A stretch of 64,000 nucleotides of DNA from Geopsychrobacteraceae bacterium (GCA_963662315.1 OY759353.1:2048001-2112000); one strand, 5' to 3'; counted from the first letter of the stretch, positions 10,733 through 21,211 are shown. The notes: generated by a model not told the origin, from the sequence alone. Program-made: numbers and translations.

Positions 10733-11245
10733 ATGATCAGACTTTATGAAGATATCGTCGAGACACCTTGCGGGGCTTTATCCATTGTCTTCGATGCGCA
10801 GGAGACCCTGCTGCATTTGGATTTTCCCGATCAGGGGGAGCGCCAGAAGAAATTGCTCACCAACCGCTTCAAACAGTTTGAACTGGTGAAACGTCAATCG
10901 CTGATTATCCGCCCCCATATTGAAGCCTATATGGCGGGGGATTATGACGCCCTTGCTCGCATCACCTGTGATTCAGGCGGAACTCCGTTTCAGCGACGTG
11001 TCTGGCGGGCATTAAAAAACATACCGGTTGGTCAAACCATCAGCTACCGGGATCTAGCCATAAAAATCGGTAACCCCAAAGCGGTACGTGCAGTGGCCCG
11101 TGCCAACGCTCTCAATCCGATCTCGCTGATATATCCCTGTCACCGCGTCATCGGAGCAGACGGCAAGCTGACCGGATACGCGGGCGGATTGGAACGGAAA
11201 AGATGGCTGCTCAATCATGAAGGGGTTAAGAGCCAGAGTCTTTGA
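10733..11245 (+). CDS. ogt: Methylated-DNA--protein-cysteine methyltransferase
   Basis: GTPFQRRVW, RAVA, active-site PCHRV, GYAGG; start at MIRLY. Confidence 0.92.
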   Translation: MIRLYEDIVETPCGALSIVFDAQETLLHLDFPDQGERQKKLLTNRFKQFELVKRQSLIIRPHIEAYMAGDYDALARITCDSGGTPFQRRVWRALKNIPVGQTISYRDLAIKIGNPKAVRAVARANALNPISLIYPCHRVIGADGKLTGYAGGLERKRWLLNHEGVKSQSL

Positions 11246-11289
11246 GCAACCATTGATTGCTCCCTCCTGTGTCAAGCATATAGTCCATA

Positions 11290-11331
11290 AAGCGAAAAAA
11301 GGTGCCCTTCCGGGTCACCTTTTTTCGCTTT
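11290..11331. terminator. Bidirectional terminator between convergent genes
   Basis: AAGCGAAAAAAGGTG...CACCTTTTTTCGCTT inverted repeat. Confidence 0.8.
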
Positions 11332-11356
11332 GACACAACAGTTATAAATTTTCCAT

Positions 11357-14300
11357 TCAGTCTAATAGGTAAAGAGCAAAATTTGAGCCGACAACAATCT
11401 CTTTTTTACCGTCACCATCAATGTCAGCAACCGGCAAATGGTTATAGCGGCCCAAATTCTCCCCAAGGTTTCCGCTCCGCCATAACAGTCGACCTGTTCC
11501 ATTTTCAAAAACACTGAGCACACCACCATTAGCCACCAGCCACTCAGGCTTGCCATCATTATCAAGATCAGCCAGATTAAGAGCGGAAACCGGGGAAGCA
11601 CTCAGAGTCCCGAGGGTCGCTTGGAGGGTAAATGTTATTCCGGAATAGATGCCGATAGTTCCGTCAGTCTGCCCGACCAGTATCTCCAGCTGCCCGTCAC
11701 CGTCCACATCAAAGGCACCGATCGTACTGGCGGGCAACTCTTCAAGCCAATCATATTGGTGGGAAACCCCATCTATTGCATACACCCTGTTGCTGCCACC
11801 CGTCACCGACACAAGCATCTCCAAGTGCCCGTCATTATCAGTATCGGCAATATCAATATCGGTAATGGTACTCCGGTTAACTAGCAAACTGGTGCTTTTC
11901 CATTCTTCGGCCAGAGAGACTCCGTTCAGGACAACCAGGTAAGGTCCGACAGCTCCGATTATTTCGGTAGCTCCATCACCATCAACATCTGCCACTTCCA
12001 CAGCGGTAAAAACATTTAAATCATAAGTGGCACTTTGCCTCTCCAGCACATGTGTCCGGCCATTATAAACCTGAACGACACCGTCATGTGCATTTGATGT
12101 CGCAATTACGACCTCCATCTCGCCATCATCATCAACGTCAGCGATACGCACACTATTAATTCCGTTCCAAGTGTTAATGTTCGGCAAATCGGTACTCTGC
12201 CATTCCAGCTCATGAGTCGTGGAATCAAAAATACTGATAACGCCATCCGCGTAACCATTGTTGCTCTCAAAAGACGCCATGATAATCTCATTCTCGCCAT
12301 CATCATCAGCATCCCCAACAGCGACCGCACTCAACGGACCGTCAAGACACACATTCTGCCATTCGATCCCAGCAACCGGATCGGCTACAAACAGGAAGAA
12401 ACCACTGCCTCCTCTAGCGCCCCACAAGACTTCCATGGTTCCATCACCATCGACATCGCCAACCTCTAGTCCGGTCGTACCAGGTTCCGGGTTGCTAACC
12501 TTCCAGCGTTCGGTAATGCCATCTCCTTCGTAACAATGAACCGCTCCCCACTGTTTATCACCATAGAGGATTTCAGCAATTCCATCATCATCCAGATCAG
12601 CCACCAAAAGAGAGCCTATATCAAGATTGGTTGAAATCTCTCGTTTTGGAGTATATAGTTCAGCATCGAAGATAGTAATTTTGTACCAAGAAGCAGCAGC
12701 CACAATCTCATCACGACCATCGCCATCGGTATCACCAGTACGGACAAGTGCGCCGAAGCCATTGATGTAATCCCACTCAAGTTGCCGAGTCACAGTATCA
12801 ATCACATAGCCATGGTCAGCTCCAGCTATGACAATCTCCATTCCTGGATCATCATCCACATTGCCAACGGTTAGATCACTGCCACCATAAGCTTCCGTCT
12901 GCCACAGTAAAGTCCCATCGGCATTATAAACATAGACCTTCTGCCCTTCACTGGTCAGAATTTCGGATTGGCCATCTCCGTCCAGATCGGCAACAGCCAG
13001 AGCAATTACTGCTGCTGGAGTCTGCAGGGAACGCTGGAGGGTAAAATCAACACCGGAATAGATGCCAATAATTCCATTTTCATAGCCAACCAGGACCTCA
13101 CCTTTACCATCGCCATCAAGATCCGTTGCTGTTATCCGAGTAAGCAGAGCTGCAGACAAATCACTCACATAAATCTGGTCATAGTCACCGCTTTCTCCCA
13201 TGCGGACGACATACCAAAAATTGCCCTTATATGAATCAGCGCCTGAAGCTGCGGTAACAATTTCCAAAACGCCATCCCCATCCAGATCCAGAACCGTCAG
13301 GCCCAATCTTCCAATATCGGTGCCAAAACGGCCATAACGCCACTCCTGACTCAACAGACCGGGACTAGCCGGTACCGCCGGAGCAACATCCACCTGAACG
13401 GTGTCCTGTTCACTGCTGGAATCGCCATCATTAACCACCAGCCACAAAGTATAACTGCCACTTGCTGCCGCATGAAAACTTGGTGTCGCCGTCGTTTGAT
13501 GATTCAGAGTTGGACATTTATAGTTTGGACAAGAAGAAAATGACCACTGATAGCTCAGCAAATCACCGTCGGGGTCGCTACTGGCACTGCCATCAAGGGT
13601 TACTATATCTCCCTGATAGACACTCTGATCGCTTCCGGCATCCGCAGTCGGCTCATGATTAGTCGGCACATAATCAGATGGGAGGGGATTACTGATCTCC
13701 TTTTGCCAGTCACTGGAGCCGTCACCATCGGTATCAGCCTCCAGCCAAGAGGTGGTCTCGGTGGTGAAAAGTATTTTCACGAAGGTTCCACTATGACCAC
13801 TGCACTGCAGTGCTCCTGCTGTCGGCCAGATAAAACCAGTATAGGTCCTAAGCGGCTGAACGCTGTTAAGATCAACGTAACCGAAATCAGGATGGTAATA
13901 CCGCCCCGAAAGGGTCTCTTCTGAATAACCTGAGCCGTAGTTGATGCCACTAAAGAAATTCTCGTAACGGAAAACCTGACCACTCGCCTCATCACTCAGC
14001 AAGAAATCCATGGAAACGGTTTCGGAATATTGTGCGCTGACAAAACTGATCTGAAGTTGCCCCTCCAGCTTAGAGACAGAACCTTCCTTACGAACCGTCA
14101 ACGGATGAAAAGCCATATTCACGGTGGCAATCTCCCCGCTGTTTCTGTTGAATGTTCCTGAAACCGAGGCAATTCCGTCGATAATCTCACCGTTGTCACA
14201 ATAATTCTGGAATTCAAAAGAGTCACTGAAACTGTACGCCTTATCATCCACCTGCATATTACTGACAAATTGGCCGCCACAAGACCCCGGATAGTATTGA

Positions 14301-14656
14301 GTGGGTCGTTGGGTAACCGCAGAATGAACCGACAAATTTGCCGGTTGCAAAGTCACAAGTTCATGACGAAGTGTTCGCCGTAATATTTTGGAGATACTGT
14401 TAACAGAAAGGCTTGTCTCCTCAGCAGGGGTTTCAACGGCCATCAAGCTGACAGACATACCACTCCGTTGCCCGAAATAGGCACCGACAGCCAGCGTTTC
14501 AGCGTTATCGGCATCGATAATTGCCTCAGAAGTTTCCCCCGAGTAAGTTAGTGTAGATGAAGGCGAATTATTCGACCCGCCACCACCACCGCCACAGGCA
14601 CTTAGTTGCAGAGTAAGAAAGGTACAGATCAAAGCGATAGGCAGTTTAAGGTTCAT
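11357..14656 (-). CDS. Large lipoprotein with PKD/Ig-like domain and FG-GAP/VCBS beta-propeller repeats
   Basis: Lipobox LSA-C plus GGGGG; PTADAGSDQ...DGSASSDPDGD..YQWS; many DxDGDGxxE repeats. Confidence 0.88.
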   Translation of the reverse strand: MNLKLPIALICTFLTLQLSACGGGGGGSNNSPSSTLTYSGETSEAIIDADNAETLAVGAYFGQRSGMSVSLMAVETPAEETSLSVNSISKILRRTLRHELVTLQPANLSVHSAVTQRPTQYYPGSCGGQFVSNMQVDDKAYSFSDSFEFQNYCDNGEIIDGIASVSGTFNRNSGEIATVNMAFHPLTVRKEGSVSKLEGQLQISFVSAQYSETVSMDFLLSDEASGQVFRYENFFSGINYGSGYSEETLSGRYYHPDFGYVDLNSVQPLRTYTGFIWPTAGALQCSGHSGTFVKILFTTETTSWLEADTDGDGSSDWQKEISNPLPSDYVPTNHEPTADAGSDQSVYQGDIVTLDGSASSDPDGDLLSYQWSFSSCPNYKCPTLNHQTTATPSFHAAASGSYTLWLVVNDGDSSSEQDTVQVDVAPAVPASPGLLSQEWRYGRFGTDIGRLGLTVLDLDGDGVLEIVTAASGADSYKGNFWYVVRMGESGDYDQIYVSDLSAALLTRITATDLDGDGKGEVLVGYENGIIGIYSGVDFTLQRSLQTPAAVIALAVADLDGDGQSEILTSEGQKVYVYNADGTLLWQTEAYGGSDLTVGNVDDDPGMEIVIAGADHGYVIDTVTRQLEWDYINGFGALVRTGDTDGDGRDEIVAAASWYKITIFDAELYTPKREISTNLDIGSLLVADLDDDGIAEILYGDKQWGAVHCYEGDGITERWKVSNPEPGTTGLEVGDVDGDGTMEVLWGARGGSGFFLFVADPVAGIEWQNVCLDGPLSAVAVGDADDDGENEIIMASFESNNGYADGVISIFDSTTHELEWQSTDLPNINTWNGINSVRIADVDDDGEMEVVIATSNAHDGVVQVYNGRTHVLERQSATYDLNVFTAVEVADVDGDGATEIIGAVGPYLVVLNGVSLAEEWKSTSLLVNRSTITDIDIADTDNDGHLEMLVSVTGGSNRVYAIDGVSHQYDWLEELPASTIGAFDVDGDGQLEILVGQTDGTIGIYSGITFTLQATLGTLSASPVSALNLADLDNDGKPEWLVANGGVLSVFENGTGRLLWRSGNLGENLGRYNHLPVADIDGDGKKEIVVGSNFALYLLD

Positions 14657-14973
14657 CGGCCCCCTCCAAGCGAATTAAGTATGCAATGTATTTTTATAAA
14701 AAAGGACAGGCTATTATCGGCAACCTGGCTTTTTAATGGCGAAAACAGATAATCATTTTGCGTCCATAAGCATCTGTCATTTTCAGGAACTTGGGTAAAG
14801 CTACTACTCTTCTTCCATATGTCAATAGAGAAACTAAGAAAAGGTATTATGGGTTGTTACCCTGACGTACAGAGGCATCGACAGAACATGAAAAAAGGTC
14901 AGAACGCGCTAAGAATTGAACCTCTCTTCCATCACTGGCAGACGTTGTCAAAAAGACGACAAACTGCAACTAT

Positions 14974-15615
14974 TCAGTAATAGAGAGAATCGATAAACTC
15001 TTTGCCATTATCGATATGTTCCAGCAATGCCTGGCGCACGGCGACAATATCCTGAGCTCGAAAGGCGGCGATGATCCGGTCGTGTTCCTGCAGAAAGTCC
15101 TCGTACCGCTGCCCGTAATGACGGCTGATGTGGCGACGCATGAAAAAACGTTGAAACGTATCGCGAAAAGCTTCCAGGATATATTGATTTTCACTCAGTT
15201 CGAGAATCAGGGAATGAAAATCGAGTTCCAGAGAAAAGCGTAGCCGCTGGTCATTTGATGCCGCCGTTGCCCTGATCACCTCGCCACGCCGTTCCATTTC
15301 AGCAATAGCTTCCGGGGTAATATTGACAATCGCTTTTTCGGCCGCCCCCAGCTCGAGAAAACGCCGGAAATCGTGCAACTGGTCATGTTCTTCCTTACTG
15401 AGTTGATGAACCGTATAAAAGCTCTTACGAGCGCAATAGTCGAGAAAACCTTCCCGGTAGAGCATGATCATAGCCATTTTAACCGGCGTACGACTCACCC
15501 CAAGCTGCTCTGCCAGCTCACTGATCACGACCCGCTGGCCCGGAATCAGCTCAAAATTGAGCATCATATTCCGAATCTGATGGTAGGTTTTTACCTCGAG
15601 GGAATCTTCCTGCAT
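14974..15615 (-). CDS. GntR-family (FCD) transcriptional regulator
   Basis: PGQRV...ELAEQLGVSRTPV wHTH; FH, SEN and EH motifs of FCD. Confidence 0.92.
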   Translation of the reverse strand: MQEDSLEVKTYHQIRNMMLNFELIPGQRVVISELAEQLGVSRTPVKMAMIMLYREGFLDYCARKSFYTVHQLSKEEHDQLHDFRRFLELGAAEKAIVNITPEAIAEMERRGEVIRATAASNDQRLRFSLELDFHSLILELSENQYILEAFRDTFQRFFMRRHISRHYGQRYEDFLQEHDRIIAAFRAQDIVAVRQALLEHIDNGKEFIDSLYY

Positions 15616-15875
15616 AAAACTCTCCTAACCTGTGATCTGCCGCTGCTTACAGCTTGAGGCAAAGTACTGTTAATATTTGCCGAGTGCTACCGCTTATTTC
15701 CGACAGATCCGTATCACATCACAAAGCAAATCAATATATCGTAACGTTCTTATATAATAAATTTTCTGCCCCTGCAACAAACGCCTATCTGACTCCGGAA
15801 TCTCAGCCGCGCACAACCTTATTCATAAAAACCCGGAAACTCATAGGAAAAGAAACTGCTTGACTTTCCTATTTC

Positions 15876-15921
15876 ACGAATGCAATGTTGAATTCATAGT
15901 TGAATTCAACATTGCATTCGT
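15876..15921. promoter_or_regulatory. Perfect 21-bp inverted repeat, probable operator overlapping the isomerase promoter
   Basis: ACGAATGCAATGTTGAATTCA-TAGT-TGAATTCAACATTGCATTCGT; TTGACT at 15860-15865 just upstream. Confidence 0.75.
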
Positions 15922-15986
15922 AGATTGAACAAACCAACGCGCACCACCAACTGGTTATCCAGTTACCTGCCCAAAGGAGTGTAGTT

Positions 15987-17534
15987 ATGTCAATCAAGAG
16001 TACGCTAAGTGTAAAATTGAATGTCAAACCCGTCTTTGTAGCCATGTACCATGACTACGTCTTTGAAGGACCTTGCCGCTTTGGCAGTGGCGTGGGCCTG
16101 ACCAAGGATTTCGACCAGAAGATCAATCAGGAAATCTATACAGCTTTCCTCAAAGATGTGGAGACCTATCTGGCCGGAGAGGTCAATCTGCTTGAGCCGG
16201 TCTTTATTGAACGAAATGAAGAGTTTTCTGTTACCGACGATATGTTGGCCCAGATCGCCGGCCATGTTGAGCAGGTGGATGTTTACTTTTTCGGCCAGGC
16301 CGGACGCGGCTTCGACGTTATCATCGAATTTGCCCGCCGCTATAATAAACCGGTCATGTTTGCGGAAAATGCCCTTCACGTTACCTGTACGGCGGCACCA
16401 ATACTGGCCCGGGGCCTTGAAGCTTACCCGACCATGTGCTGGGAAGACAGCGTTGAAAAATTGAAACTGTTACGGGTTCGCAAGGCTCTGCAGCAGACGC
16501 GGGTCCTGCTGGCACCACGCGGAAATTCGAACATTTCGTTGAGTGCTCTCGATTCCTTTATCTCTCTCGAAAAAGTGACCGACACCCTGGGCGTCAAATT
16601 CCGTTATGTCGATGTCCATGAACTCCTTGACCAGACCCGCTATGTGGATCCCTGCAGTAACCACACGACACCGGGCGTCAAGGGACTTAACCCCAGTGCT
16701 GCCGACATGGAAAAAATCAATGCGCTGACCGATTCCCTCATGGCGGAAGCACTGGAATGTGATATGAGCCGGGAAAATGTACTGCGTTCGGTTATGGCTT
16801 ACAGTACCGTCAATAAGTTTCTTCAGCATATGGAATGTAACGCCTTCTCCATGCCATGCCCCGATGCCTGTGCCACCCGTCGCCTCAATGAAGAAAAGAT
16901 CACCCCCTGCTTCATCCACTCCATGCTCAATGAAGCCGGAATTCCTTCGGCCTGCGAATACGATATTCCAGCCCTGCTGTCGATGATTGTTCTGATGAAC
17001 CTGGCCAATGCTGCCCCCTATATGGGGAACACTTTCCCGACCCTGCTTAAAAACGGTAAACGGGTCAATGTTCGCCCAACCTTCTTCCGAGCTGATCAAT
17101 CCCAGGAACAGGACATTCCGGAGCTGGGCGATAAAGAGAATGTCATGCTTACCTTCCACTCGGTACCGAACCGTAAGATGAAAGGATTCGACCGGCCAAA
17201 CGAGACATTCGCCCTGCGTGCCTTTGCCAGAGACGCGGAATTCGGCGCCACCATGCGTTATGATTTCAAAAAGGATATTGGCGAAACCATCACCATGTGT
17301 CGCTTCGACATGACCTGCAGCAAACTGTTCGTGGCCAAAGGAACCATTGTCGGTGGCGTCGGCTATACGGACAAAAACTGTAGCGAAGGGGTCTTCTTCA
17401 CGGTCAAAAGCGATCGTGATTTCTTCAGCAAACAAGTCACATTCGGTAATCATGTGCCCCTGGTTTATGGCGACCACTTCGACCGTCTGGTTGAACTCGG
17501 CGAGCTGCTTGGGCTTGAGGTTGTTACTGCCTAG
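15987..17534 (+). CDS. L-fucose/arabinose isomerase-related protein, substrate unknown
   Basis: PSACEYD (cf. xCEGD metal motif), C-terminal GNHVPLVYGD, AAGGAG RBS. Confidence 0.7.
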   Translation: MSIKSTLSVKLNVKPVFVAMYHDYVFEGPCRFGSGVGLTKDFDQKINQEIYTAFLKDVETYLAGEVNLLEPVFIERNEEFSVTDDMLAQIAGHVEQVDVYFFGQAGRGFDVIIEFARRYNKPVMFAENALHVTCTAAPILARGLEAYPTMCWEDSVEKLKLLRVRKALQQTRVLLAPRGNSNISLSALDSFISLEKVTDTLGVKFRYVDVHELLDQTRYVDPCSNHTTPGVKGLNPSAADMEKINALTDSLMAEALECDMSRENVLRSVMAYSTVNKFLQHMECNAFSMPCPDACATRRLNEEKITPCFIHSMLNEAGIPSACEYDIPALLSMIVLMNLANAAPYMGNTFPTLLKNGKRVNVRPTFFRADQSQEQDIPELGDKENVMLTFHSVPNRKMKGFDRPNETFALRAFARDAEFGATMRYDFKKDIGETITMCRFDMTCSKLFVAKGTIVGGVGYTDKNCSEGVFFTVKSDRDFFSKQVTFGNHVPLVYGDHFDRLVELGELLGLEVVTA

Positions 17535-17552
17535 CCGTCATTGGTAACGAAA

Positions 17553-17582
17553 TAGACAGGCTGCCAGAATGCAGCCTGTCTA
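17553..17582. other. 12-bp intergenic stem-loop without U-tract
   Basis: TAGACAGGCTGC-cagaat-GCAGCCTGTCTA. Confidence 0.6.
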
Positions 17583-17641
17583 CCAAACCAGTAAACACTA
17601 AAGATCCTGAAACAGTCTCATATGTCCAGAAGGCTTTTCCT

Positions 17642-18061
17642 ATGGCAAACACGATTAAAAGCAAACTGTTACAGGCCAAAGCACAGGCCACCAGGGAGCT
17701 TGAGCAGATTTTGCTGCAGCCGCAACTGGAAACTCAGCAACTCTATAGCCATCTGAAGACCTACACCTTTGCGCGTTTATTTCTGGAACCTGCAGAAAGT
17801 GACAGCAATGACTTACTGGAGCTTGCCCGAGCCAGCCTGGCAAAAACCCTCAAGGTCGCCCCTCAGGACCTTGATAGCCTCGATCTGTCGCAAACTTGCA
17901 CGGGAACCTCATCAGTTATCAGCAAAAAGGTCCTGTTGCTTATCTCTCTTGAGCAGGGATTGCACATCACCATCAGTCCGCAACAAAGTGCGACCATAAA
18001 AACTCTGAGCGACCTGACTAAAGTGGTCAAACAACAGCTTGATCACCAGCGCCATGATTAA
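17642..18061 (+). CDS. Hypothetical protein with ACP-like C-terminal half
   Basis: DSLD...LLISLEQGLHITIS...IKTLSDL resembles ACP helices II-IV; single Cys in CTGTSS. Confidence 0.65.
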   Translation: MANTIKSKLLQAKAQATRELEQILLQPQLETQQLYSHLKTYTFARLFLEPAESDSNDLLELARASLAKTLKVAPQDLDSLDLSQTCTGTSSVISKKVLLLISLEQGLHITISPQQSATIKTLSDLTKVVKQQLDHQRHD

Positions 18062-18108
18062 AGCAAGAAGGTTCATACTCTGTTCGACACAGATACGCTG
18101 ACAGGAGA

Positions 18109-19350
18109 ATGGTTTTGCCTCTGGATATTGCCAAGATTCGCGCGGATTTCCCGATATTGCAGCAACAGGTTCATGCCAAGCCGCTGATCTATCTTGATAA
18201 TGCGGCAACGACCCAACTTCCGTTGCCAGTCTGGCGGGCCATGGAGCGATTCTATACTCAGCAACATGCCAACCCCCACCGCAGCAGTCATGCCTTAGCC
18301 GTCAATGCCACAGAGCAGTTGGAACAGGCCCGCTATCAAGTCGCTCGCTTTATCAATGCCGCGGATACTTGTGAAATCATTTTTTGCAACGGTGCCAGCG
18401 ATGCCATCAATCTACTGGCTTGGTCTTTTGAAAACGAGCTTCGCAACCAGGATGCTGAAATTGTTATCTCCATCCAGGAACATCACTCCAACTGGGTCCC
18501 TTGGCAACAGCTCTGCCAACGCACCGGCGCCCGGCTTAAAATTATTCCCCTCACAGACACAGGCGATCTTGATCTAGCGGCCTACCAAGAGTTGCTCTCC
18601 GACCAAACCCGACTGGTGGCCGTCACCCACGTTTCCAACGTACTGGGCACGGTCAATCCTATCAGTCAGCTAACCAGTATGGCGCACCAGCGAGGGATTC
18701 CGGTTGTGGTGGATGGCGCACAAAGTATTCGTCATGAAATCATCGATGTCACTCAGTTAGGCTGTGACTTTTTCTGTTTTTCAGGTCACAAGACCATGGC
18801 ACCAACCGGTATTGGGGTCCTCTACGGCAGGCGTAACTGGCTTGAAAAACTCGCCCCGGGACGCTTCGGAGGCGGCATGATCAAAAAACTGACCCCGACC
18901 ACCATGACCTATGAACCCCTGCCGCATAAGTTCGAGGCCGGCACCGTCAATTGTGCCGGAGCAGTCGCGTTAGCCACGGCCCTTAAATACCATAAGCAAC
19001 TGGGCCGAAAAAATATTCAGAACTATGAACAGCAACTGCTGAATTATTGCCGCGAACAACTAACCTCCCTTCCCGACCTGGAAATTGTCGGTTCTCCCCG
19101 GCACCAAGCCGGCGTGCTCAGCCTGATTATCCGTCAGCGCCACTGTTATGATATTACCACCATGCTTGATAAGCTGGGGATTGCCGTTCGCTCTGGCCAG
19201 CATTGTGCCCAACCGTTGCTCAATGCTCTTGGTCTTGCCGGCACAGTAAGGATATCCCCCGCCTACTATAATACTGTCGAAGAAATCGATCAGCTGATCA
19301 ACGCCATGGCAAAAATTATCCATCTGCTACCACGGGAGCCGCACCTATGA
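18109..19350 (+). CDS. sufS: Cysteine desulfurase, group II
   Basis: YLDNAATT, EHHSN, DGAQ, FSGHK, RSGQHCA. Confidence 0.93.
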   Translation: MVLPLDIAKIRADFPILQQQVHAKPLIYLDNAATTQLPLPVWRAMERFYTQQHANPHRSSHALAVNATEQLEQARYQVARFINAADTCEIIFCNGASDAINLLAWSFENELRNQDAEIVISIQEHHSNWVPWQQLCQRTGARLKIIPLTDTGDLDLAAYQELLSDQTRLVAVTHVSNVLGTVNPISQLTSMAHQRGIPVVVDGAQSIRHEIIDVTQLGCDFFCFSGHKTMAPTGIGVLYGRRNWLEKLAPGRFGGGMIKKLTPTTMTYEPLPHKFEAGTVNCAGAVALATALKYHKQLGRKNIQNYEQQLLNYCREQLTSLPDLEIVGSPRHQAGVLSLIIRQRHCYDITTMLDKLGIAVRSGQHCAQPLLNALGLAGTVRISPAYYNTVEEIDQLINAMAKIIHLLPREPHL

Positions 19351-19766
19351 GCGATATAAATTGCAGGCAGGATCTTATTATCGCTGACTTTTCTGAGTTT
19401 GATGACAGCTTCGACCGTTATGCCTATCTTATCGAGCTGGCGGCGGCACACCCTGGGTTACCAACAAGCAAGAAGATTCCCGCTCTGGCTGTCAGCGGTT
19501 GTCAGTCCCAGGTCTGGCTCGATATAGACTCTCACGATTCAAAACTGATCATCGCTGGCGACAGTGATACTCTGGTGGTACGCGGTATACTCGCCATCAT
19601 TATCAGCATTCTTTCCGGGCATTCCGCTAAGGAGATTTTAGCCGCTCAATTGTATGTCTTTGAAAAAGCCGGTCTCAGTGAAGCTCTTCCCCGTCAACGT
19701 CAGGAGGGGCTGAGGGCAATTCTGCAAAAGATCACTGACTTTGCAAGCAAGAGCTTAGACAGTTAA
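19347..19766 (+). CDS. sufE: SufE sulfur-acceptor protein
   Basis: VSGCQSQVW, DSD..VRG; ATGA overlap with sufS. Confidence 0.92.
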   Translation: MSDINCRQDLIIADFSEFDDSFDRYAYLIELAAAHPGLPTSKKIPALAVSGCQSQVWLDIDSHDSKLIIAGDSDTLVVRGILAIIISILSGHSAKEILAAQLYVFEKAGLSEALPRQRQEGLRAILQKITDFASKSLDS

Positions 19767-19970
19767 GCTGCAATTCAAAAATCACGACCAATCACATTTT
19801 TAGCCATGGGTATTGAATTCCATGGCTGCTTCGTTTACAACCATACCATTTGTAGCGGTCACTTCCTGGCCAGAGCGATTATCCCGCAACCTGACAGATC
19901 GGCGTGATGCTGATGCAATTTCAGGTGAAGCAGCCATACCTGCCATGCGCAGCAGACAGGAATTTATCTT

Positions 19971-21167
19971 ATGACGACACTTGGAACCCCCTTTTCCGCA
20001 ACAGCAACGCGAGTGATGCTCTGTGGATCCGGCGAACTGGGCAAAGAAGTAGCTATTGAACTGCAGAGACTCGGCTGCGAAGTTATCGCTGTCGATCGCT
20101 ATGCCAATGCTCCGGCCATGCAGGTTGCGGATCGTAGCCATGTTATTTCCATGCTCGATGGACAGGCATTGCGTGCCGTTATTGAGCAGGAAAAGCCAGA
20201 TTATATTGTTCCTGAAATAGAGGCGATAGCGACTGATACGCTGGCCGAACTGGAGCAGGAAGGGTTCAATGTTGTCCCGACAGCCCGGGCCACCCAGCTG
20301 ACCATGAACCGTGAGGGGATCCGGCGCCTTGCGGCAGAAACTCTTGGCTTGCCTACGTCCAGTTATCGCTTTGCGGCCAGTAAAGAAGAGTATCTCGTGG
20401 CAATTCAGGACATCGGCTTGCCGTGTCTGGTCAAACCGATCATGAGCTCTTCCGGCAAAGGGCAGAGTATTATTAAAAATGCTGATACCGTCGATGCGGC
20501 CTGGGAATATGCCCAAGAAGGCGGCCGCGCCGGCAAAGGCAAGGTGATTGTCGAAGGATTTGTGGATTTCGATTTTGAAATTACACTCTTGACGATTCGC
20601 CACAGTGATGGTGCCGGCCAGACCACGACCAGTTTCTGCGAGCCGATCGGCCACCGTCAGCAGGACGGGGACTATCAGGAGTCCTGGCAACCACAGCGGA
20701 TGTCTGAACTGGCGCTGCAGCGTGCCCGGCACATTGCCAAAGCGGTTACCGACGAACTTGGCGGGCGCGGCCTTTTTGGCGTTGAACTGTTTATTAAAGG
20801 GGACGACGTCATTTTCAGCGAGGTTTCTCCACGCCCTCATGATACCGGCCTGGTCACCCTGATCTCTCAGGATTTGAGTGAATTTGCCCTGCATGCCCGG
20901 GCCATCCTCGGCCTGCCGATTCCGAACATTGTTCAACATGGACCTTCAGCCTCAGCAGTACTGCTGGTATCCGGCGAATCGACCCAAATGCAGTATAGCA
21001 ACCTTGCCGCTGCTTTGAATCGCCCTGATACTCAACTACGCCTGTTCGGTAAACCGGCAGTCAGTGGTAAACGCCGCCTGGGCGTCGCTTTGGCCCGCAC
21101 CTGCGACATCGAATCGGCCCGCGCAACTGCCAATGCCGTTATCGCCGACATCAAGGTCACCCTTTAA
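19971..21167 (+). CDS. purT: Formate-dependent phosphoribosylglycinamide formyltransferase
   Basis: [31 protein letters not shown]. Confidence 0.96.
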   Translation: MTTLGTPFSATATRVMLCGSGELGKEVAIELQRLGCEVIAVDRYANAPAMQVADRSHVISMLDGQALRAVIEQEKPDYIVPEIEAIATDTLAELEQEGFNVVPTARATQLTMNREGIRRLAAETLGLPTSSYRFAASKEEYLVAIQDIGLPCLVKPIMSSSGKGQSIIKNADTVDAAWEYAQEGGRAGKGKVIVEGFVDFDFEITLLTIRHSDGAGQTTTSFCEPIGHRQQDGDYQESWQPQRMSELALQRARHIAKAVTDELGGRGLFGVELFIKGDDVIFSEVSPRPHDTGLVTLISQDLSEFALHARAILGLPIPNIVQHGPSASAVLLVSGESTQMQYSNLAAALNRPDTQLRLFGKPAVSGKRRLGVALARTCDIESARATANAVIADIKVTL

Positions 21168-21174
21168 ATACAAA

Positions 21175-21211
21175 AAACAGCCAGCAGGCATAATGGCACT
21201 GCTGGCTGTTC
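21175..21211. terminator. Hairpin between convergent purT and GNAT genes
   Basis: AACAGCCAGCAG...CTGCTGGCTGTT. Confidence 0.65.

Noticed and set aside
18109..19766. Complete SUF Fe-S assembly system
   Set aside because: No sufB, sufC, sufD or sufA in the window
19855..19965. Named riboswitch (ZTP, TPP, glycine, PRPP)
   Set aside because: Only fragments resemble the consensus motifs; cannot be supported without a covariance search
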